Shown here: in pieces, positions 52,164-56,989 of the stretch
Position numbering within the stretch: the first letter of the stretch is position 1
How the letters are laid out: every line of letters starts with the position of its first letter
Assembly (NCBI GenBank): GCA_945859865.1
Contig: CAMAOY010000001.1
Coordinates: forward strand, 1-56,989
Length of the DNA: 56,989 bases
Origin: Phenylobacterium deserti
GTDB taxonomy: Bacteria; Pseudomonadota; Alphaproteobacteria; Caulobacterales; Caulobacteraceae
Direction of reading: 5' to 3'
Notes under the pieces: generated by a model
Told to the model about the DNA's origin: nothing
Databases searched by the model: none
What the model saw: only the letters and a program-made list of their open reading frames with translations
Translations under genes and position numbers: made by a program

Positions 52164-52187
52164 CGGCCCGGCCGTCCTACGGCGGCT

Positions 52188-52955
52188 TCAGAGTTCGATG
52201 ACGATGCCCGGGCGACGGGCCCGGGACTGCAGCCACATCACGCCCCAAAGATCCGAGATCGAGGCCCAGAGCCGCCCGAGGTTGGTGTACTTCGACGATC
52301 CAGTCGTGCGCGGCCGGTGCCCAACAGGCAGGAAGGCCGTGGAGTAACCCTCTCGCAGCATCAGGGCCGGCAGGTAGCGGTGGATATGGTCGAAGTAGGG
52401 AAGCCTCAGGAAGGCCTCCCGCCGGAAGGCCTTCAAGCCGCAACCCGTATCGTTGGCTATATCCCGGAGCAGGCGCTTGCGCACGCCGTTGCCAATGCGT
52501 GAGGCGACCTTCTTGGCGGCGCTGTCCTGCCGGCGCACCCGCTCGCCTCCCACCAGGGCCAGTTCCGGCGGACCCGACTTCAGGGCCTCGACCAGCCTAG
52601 GCGCGTCTGCGGGATCGTTCTGCCCGTCGCCGTCCAGGGTGACGATGATATCGCCACGGGCCGCCAGCACGCCCGTCCGGACGGCCCGGCTCTGGCCGGC
52701 GTTGGCGCCGTGGCCTAGCACCCTCAGCGCCGGGATCTCGGCCTTCAGGGCCAGCAGGCGGGCGCGGGTGTCGTCCCGGCTGCAGTCGTCAACGAACAGG
52801 ATTTCAAGGCTGTGCCCGGCGAAGGCGGCGGCGATCTCGCGGGCCAGGTCGGCGGCGGCGCCGGACTCATTGAACACCGGAACCACCACCGACACCTCGG
52901 GCCGCGTGCGCGTCTGGCGTCCTTCAGAGGCAGGCTTTGCGGGGGCCTTAGGCAT
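52188..52955 (-). CDS. Glycosyltransferase family 2 (polyprenol-phosphate glycosyltransferase, ArnC/DPM-like)
   Basis: SVVVPVFNE, FVDD.S.D, N.GQS.A, TLDGDGQNDP.D, DTGCGLK.FRR, HRYLPAL, HRPR..G.SKY. Confidence 0.92.
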   Translation of the reverse strand: MPKAPAKPASEGRQTRTRPEVSVVVPVFNESGAAADLAREIAAAFAGHSLEILFVDDCSRDDTRARLLALKAEIPALRVLGHGANAGQSRAVRTGVLAARGDIIVTLDGDGQNDPADAPRLVEALKSGPPELALVGGERVRRQDSAAKKVASRIGNGVRKRLLRDIANDTGCGLKAFRREAFLRLPYFDHIHRYLPALMLREGYSTAFLPVGHRPRTTGSSKYTNLGRLWASISDLWGVMWLQSRARRPGIVIEL

Positions 52956-53025
52956 ATCCCATCCTACGAGCTTTCAGCCCTCAAGGGAAACGACGCCGCT
53001 TCCGTATCGTGCTAACCCACCCCGT

Positions 53026-54702
53026 ATGTGGCTGGCGAACATCATCGACGCCTTCCGGCGGCCCGGCGGCTGGCGCGGTCCGGCGGTCGCGGCCATGTTC
53101 ACCCTCCTGGCTGGCCTGCCCGGCTTCCTGGCCCTGCCGCCCCTCGACAGGGATGAGGCCCGATTCGCCCAGGCTACCGCCCAAATGCTCGAGCAGGACG
53201 ACTATGTGGTCATCCGGTTCCAGGACCAGCCGCGCTTCAAGAAGCCGGTTGGCATCCACTGGATGCAGGCCCTGGCGGCGTCGGCCTTCGGCGACGCGGC
53301 GCTGAGGGACATCCGGCCCTACCGCCTGCCCTCCCTATTGGGTGCCATGCTGGCCGCCACCGCCTGCGTCTGGGGCGCCGCAGGCTTCTTCAGCCGGGGC
53401 GTGGCCCTGATGTCCGGGCTGATCCTGGGTAGCGGGCTTCTGCTGTCCACCGAGGCCTTCATCGCCAAGACCGACGCCATGCTGACGGGGCTTACAGTCC
53501 TCTGCCTTGCGGCCCTGGGGCGTCTCTATGCCGAGGCCCGGGGTGGCCCGCCCGCCGGTCACCTTGCCGTTCCCCTGTTCTGGCTGGCCCTCGCACTGGC
53601 CATCCTGGTCAAGGGCCCCATCACGCCGCTCATCGTCGGGCTCGCCGCCCTGACCCTGCGGTTGGTCGACCGTCGGCCCCTGACGTCCCGGCCCATCGGG
53701 TGGGCCTGGGGGCTGATCCTCCTGGCCCTGGTCATCGGCCCCTGGGCCTGGGCGGTCACGGTGGCAACGGACGGTGCCTTCTGGGCCGCGGCGATCGGCG
53801 GCGACCTCGCCCCCAAGCTGGCGGGTGGGCACGAGACCCACGGCGCCCCACCCGGCTTCCACGTCCTGGCCCTTCCCCTTCTGGCCTTTCCCGCCACCCT
53901 CCTGCTTCCGGCCGCTGCGGTGGTCGCCTGGCGGCGGCGACGCGAGCCCGGGGTCCGGTTCGCCCTGGCCTGGCTGGTTCCCGCCTGGATCCTCTTCGAG
54001 GCCACCCCGACCAAGCTTCCCCACTATGTCCTGCCCCTCTATGCCCCCCTGGCCTGGCTTTGCGCCGCGGGCCTAGCGGAGGCGGCGACGCCGTGGGTGC
54101 GGCGGATCGGGGCTGGCCTGCAGCTTCTGGCGGGAGGTCTCCTGGCGGCGGTCGCCCTTGGCCTTGCCCTCACCTATGGCGATGCCTGGGACCTGCCAGC
54201 CGCCATCCTGGCTGCGGTCCTCTTCGCCCTGGCCGCTGGCGGCGGTGCCCTGTTCCTCCTGCAGGGCCGGGTCTTCCGCGCCCTGGCCTGGGCCCTGCCT
54301 GCCGGGGTCCTGGCGCATGGCGCCCTGACCGGCCTTCTGGCGCCGGGTCTCCAGCCGCTCATGCTGTCCAGCCGGACGACGGAGGTCCTGGCCCGGGCGC
54401 GGCTCCTTCCCGCCCAGGGCGTACTCCCCGGCCCCGTGGCCATCGCCGGATATGCCGAGCCCAGCCTGGTCTTCCGGGTGGGAACCGATACCGGATTGGG
54501 TGACGCCGCCGATGCCGCCAGGGCCCTGGCCTCGGGCCGGGCGGCGGTGGTTGAGGGTCGCGAGCAGCCCGCCTTCCGCGCCGCCCTCGCCCGGAGCGGC
54601 GTCAACCCCATCGAGGTCGGCCGGGTGGCGGGCCTGAATTATTCCAATGGCGATGCGACCGAGCTTACGGTCTACGCCCCGCCCCCGGAGGTCCGCCCAT
54701 GA
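53026..54702 (+). CDS. ArnT-like GT-C glycosyltransferase (PMT_2/GT83-like)
   Basis: DRDEARFAQAT.QML, RFKKP.GI.W.Q, YRLPS, AKTDA.L, LVKGP, TKLPHYVLP. Many TM segments; divergent from the GT2. Confidence 0.88.
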   Translation: MWLANIIDAFRRPGGWRGPAVAAMFTLLAGLPGFLALPPLDRDEARFAQATAQMLEQDDYVVIRFQDQPRFKKPVGIHWMQALAASAFGDAALRDIRPYRLPSLLGAMLAATACVWGAAGFFSRGVALMSGLILGSGLLLSTEAFIAKTDAMLTGLTVLCLAALGRLYAEARGGPPAGHLAVPLFWLALALAILVKGPITPLIVGLAALTLRLVDRRPLTSRPIGWAWGLILLALVIGPWAWAVTVATDGAFWAAAIGGDLAPKLAGGHETHGAPPGFHVLALPLLAFPATLLLPAAAVVAWRRRREPGVRFALAWLVPAWILFEATPTKLPHYVLPLYAPLAWLCAAGLAEAATPWVRRIGAGLQLLAGGLLAAVALGLALTYGDAWDLPAAILAAVLFALAAGGGALFLLQGRVFRALAWALPAGVLAHGALTGLLAPGLQPLMLSSRTTEVLARARLLPAQGVLPGPVAIAGYAEPSLVFRVGTDTGLGDAADAARALASGRAAVVEGREQPAFRAALARSGVNPIEVGRVAGLNYSNGDATELTVYAPPPEVRP

Positions 54703-55604
54703 GCCGCTTCATCGAGGTCGTCGAGGTGGGGCCGCGTGACGGCCTGCAGAACGAGAAGGTCGCCCTGACCCCCGCCCAGAGGGTCGAATTCATCCACCGC
54801 CTGGAGGGCGCGGGGGCCCGTCGCATCGAGACCGTCTCCTTCGTCAATCCTGCCCGGGTCCCGCAGATGGCCGGCGCCGAGGAGGTCTGCGCCGCCCTTC
54901 CGGCCGAGCCGCAGAGGTCGCGGATCGGCCTGGTCCTCAACATGCGCGGCTGGGACCGGGCGGTCTCCACGGGCTGTGACGAGGCCAATGTGGTGGTCTG
55001 CGCCACCGACGCCTTCGGGATCCGTAACCAGGGTGCGGACACCCGGACCCAGATGGACACCCTGGCCGCCATCGCCGGCCGGCGGGCGACCGAGGGCGGG
55101 CCCCGCCTGTCGGTGACCTTTTCCGTCGCCTTCGGCTGTCCCTTCGAGGGCGAGGTCGATCCGGCGCGGGTGGTCGACCTGGTCCGCGAGGCGGCGGGCC
55201 TGCCCCTCGAAGAGATCGCCCTGGCCGACACCATCGGGGTCGCCGATCCCTGGGCCGTCCGGCGCCTGGTGGAGTCCTGCCGGGCCGTCCTGGGACAACA
55301 GAAGCTGCGCCTGCACTTCCACGATACCCGCAATACCGGCCTGGCCAACGCCTTCGCCGGGGTGGAGGCGGGTGTGGACGTCCTGGACGCCAGCTGCGGT
55401 GGCCTCGGCGGCTGTCCCTTCGCACCCAACGCCACGGGCAATATCGGGACCGAGGACCTGGTCTACATGCTCGAGCGGGCAGGCTTTTCGACGGGCTACG
55501 ACCTGCCAGCCCTGATCGCGACCACCGGGTGGATCTGCGGCCTCCTGGGCAAGACCCCGACCGCCGCGGTCACCCGCGCGGGCCTCTTCCCCCTGCCTGC
55601 CTGA
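54699..55604 (+). CDS. Hydroxymethylglutaryl-CoA lyase
   Basis: EVGPRDGLQNE, SFV.P..VPQMA, FGCPFEG, LADTIG, HFHDTR..G.AN, GLGGCPFAP.ATGN..TED. Confidence 0.93.
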   Translation: MSRFIEVVEVGPRDGLQNEKVALTPAQRVEFIHRLEGAGARRIETVSFVNPARVPQMAGAEEVCAALPAEPQRSRIGLVLNMRGWDRAVSTGCDEANVVVCATDAFGIRNQGADTRTQMDTLAAIAGRRATEGGPRLSVTFSVAFGCPFEGEVDPARVVDLVREAAGLPLEEIALADTIGVADPWAVRRLVESCRAVLGQQKLRLHFHDTRNTGLANAFAGVEAGVDVLDASCGGLGGCPFAPNATGNIGTEDLVYMLERAGFSTGYDLPALIATTGWICGLLGKTPTAAVTRAGLFPLPA

Positions 55605-55616
55605 GGGGAGTCCCCG

Positions 55617-56537
55617 TCAGACGGCGGGGCGGCCGAGACGCCAGAAGACCGGGCGGACCACAGCAGCGGCAACGATGAAGGGGGCCAGCCCCAAGGCCGC
55701 AAGGGTCTCGAAGGGGGTGCTCGCGCGCTTGCAGAAGAACCGGGCCAGGCCGCGACCCTTGGCGTACTCGACCCTGAGGGGGTTGGCCCGGCTGGTATGC
55801 CCGACATGGACCACCTCCGCCTCGGGCTGGAAGACCACCTGGCCGCCAGCCTGGCGGATGCGCCAGCACAGGTCGATGTCCTCGACGTGCAGGAAGTAGC
55901 CCTCGTCGAACCCGCCGATCGCCGCGAAATCGTCCCGGCGGATGGCGAAGCAGGCGCCCGAGATGGTCGGCGCCTCGATCACCGCAAGCGGTGCCGGCTC
56001 ATCCTCCAGATGCACCTCAAAGCGCTTCAGGCCAGGGATCCGGCTGGCCAGGGTGGACAGGCTCAGGAAGGTCGAGAGCGGGGTGATCTCACCCCGTCGC
56101 CCGCCCCTCTGTTCTGAGCCGTCGGGGTTCAGGATCCGGGCGCCGACCAGGCTGGGCGAGGGCCGGCCCTCGAGGGCGCGGGCGAGGGCCGCCACCCCGC
56201 CGGGGCCAAGGAAGGCATCCGGGTTGAGGAAGACCAGCAGGTCGCCCCGGGCGGCGTGAGCGCCCAGGTTTGCGCCCCTGGCAAAGCCCACATTTCCCTG
56301 GCCCGACACCAGCTGCACCCTCGGGTTCGTCGCGGCCAGGCCAGCCAGGCGTTCAGCGTCCCCGGACGTGGAGCCATTGTCGACGATGACCACTTCAGCC
56401 ACCTCCGGCTGCGACAGGGCGCTCTCGATCGAGGGGAAGAGGGACTCCCCGGTCATGTAGGCCACGAGCACGACGGAGGCCCCCGCGTTCAACGCAGGGG
56501 CCGCCAGCTTCGGGTCTGGACCGGAACGGGTGAGCAT
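55617..56537 (-). CDS. Glycosyltransferase family 2 protein (WbbL-like)
   Basis: VIVDNGS, N.GFARG.N.G, FLNPDA, SGAC, GGFDE.YFL.VED.DLC.R. Overlaps the thrS stop. Confidence 0.9.
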   Translation of the reverse strand: MLTRSGPDPKLAAPALNAGASVVLVAYMTGESLFPSIESALSQPEVAEVVIVDNGSTSGDAERLAGLAATNPRVQLVSGQGNVGFARGANLGAHAARGDLLVFLNPDAFLGPGGVAALARALEGRPSPSLVGARILNPDGSEQRGGRRGEITPLSTFLSLSTLASRIPGLKRFEVHLEDEPAPLAVIEAPTISGACFAIRRDDFAAIGGFDEGYFLHVEDIDLCWRIRQAGGQVVFQPEAEVVHVGHTSRANPLRVEYAKGRGLARFFCKRASTPFETLAALGLAPFIVAAAVVRPVFWRLGRPAV

Positions 56538-56989
56538 CAGCCTCTCGGGGTGCCGCGGGCCAGGTCAGGCGGGACCGCTTCCGCGGCCAGGGCGGCGACC
56601 GCTTCGTCCAGGGGCAGAACAGTCTGGCCTTCGCTGCCCAGCCTGCGGATGGCCAGGGCGCGGGTCTCGGCCTCCCGGCGACCGACCGCGGCGATCACCG
56701 GGGTCTTGGCCAGGCTATGCTCGCGGACCTTGTAGTTGATCTTCTCGTTACGCAGGTCGAGCTCGACCCTCAGTCCAGCCGCCGTCAGGGTTGCAGCGAC
56801 CTCCCGGGCATAGTCGTCGGCGTCCGAGGTGATCGAGGCCACCACCGCCTGGGTGGGCGCCAGCCACAGGGGGAAGGCCCCCGCATAGTTCTCGATGGTC
56901 ACGCCCAGGAAGCGCTCCATGGACCCGCAGATCGCCCGGTGCAGCATGACCGGCCTCTGCTTGGAGCCGTCCTCGGCCACATACTCGGC
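56537..56989 (-). CDS. thrS: Threonine--tRNA ligase (3' part; begins outside the window)
   Basis: [43 protein letters not shown]. Confidence 0.96.
   Translation of the reverse strand, partial: AEYVAEDGSKQRPVMLHRAICGSMERFLGVTIENYAGAFPLWLAPTQAVVASITSDADDYAREVAATLTAAGLRVELDLRNEKINYKVREHSLAKTPVIAAVGRREAETRALAIRRLGSEGQTVLPLDEAVAALAAEAVPPDLARGTPRG

Overview
High-GC (about 70% by eye) alphaproteobacterial chromosome segment. Gene content and order (fzlA-queG, sucCD-sucAB-lpdA, xerC-DUF484-tal-priA, dnaKJ, purH-rpe-rsmB, phaA-phaB/phaR, thrS) point to Caulobacteraceae, probably Phenylobacterium-like. It is mostly housekeeping DNA with about 55 CDSs, and I saw no rRNA, tRNA, CRISPR array, prophage or IS. 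Non-coding features are a clear ZMP/ZTP riboswitch upstream of purH, an RpoH-type promoter upstream of dnaK, a PhaR-type box, and three copies of a ~120-bp palindromic intergenic repeat (CIR/REPIN-like). The most striking unannotated signal is at 51958-52163: two ftr-like FlbD sites, an IHF-like site and a sigma54 -24/-12 promoter, followed by an RBS and a 22-aa hydrophobic ORF that is missing from the ORF track. Other oddities are a type-2 (dimeric, cytosolic-like) malate dehydrogenase where the usual LDH-like mdh would sit, codon-usage-shifted tracts in sucC/sucD, purH and corA, a large secreted alpha/beta-hydrolase between dnaJ and mutS, a signal-peptide-bearing M17 aminopeptidase, and a PriA lacking three of its eight zinc cysteines. 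All calls are from reading the sequence; no searches were run.
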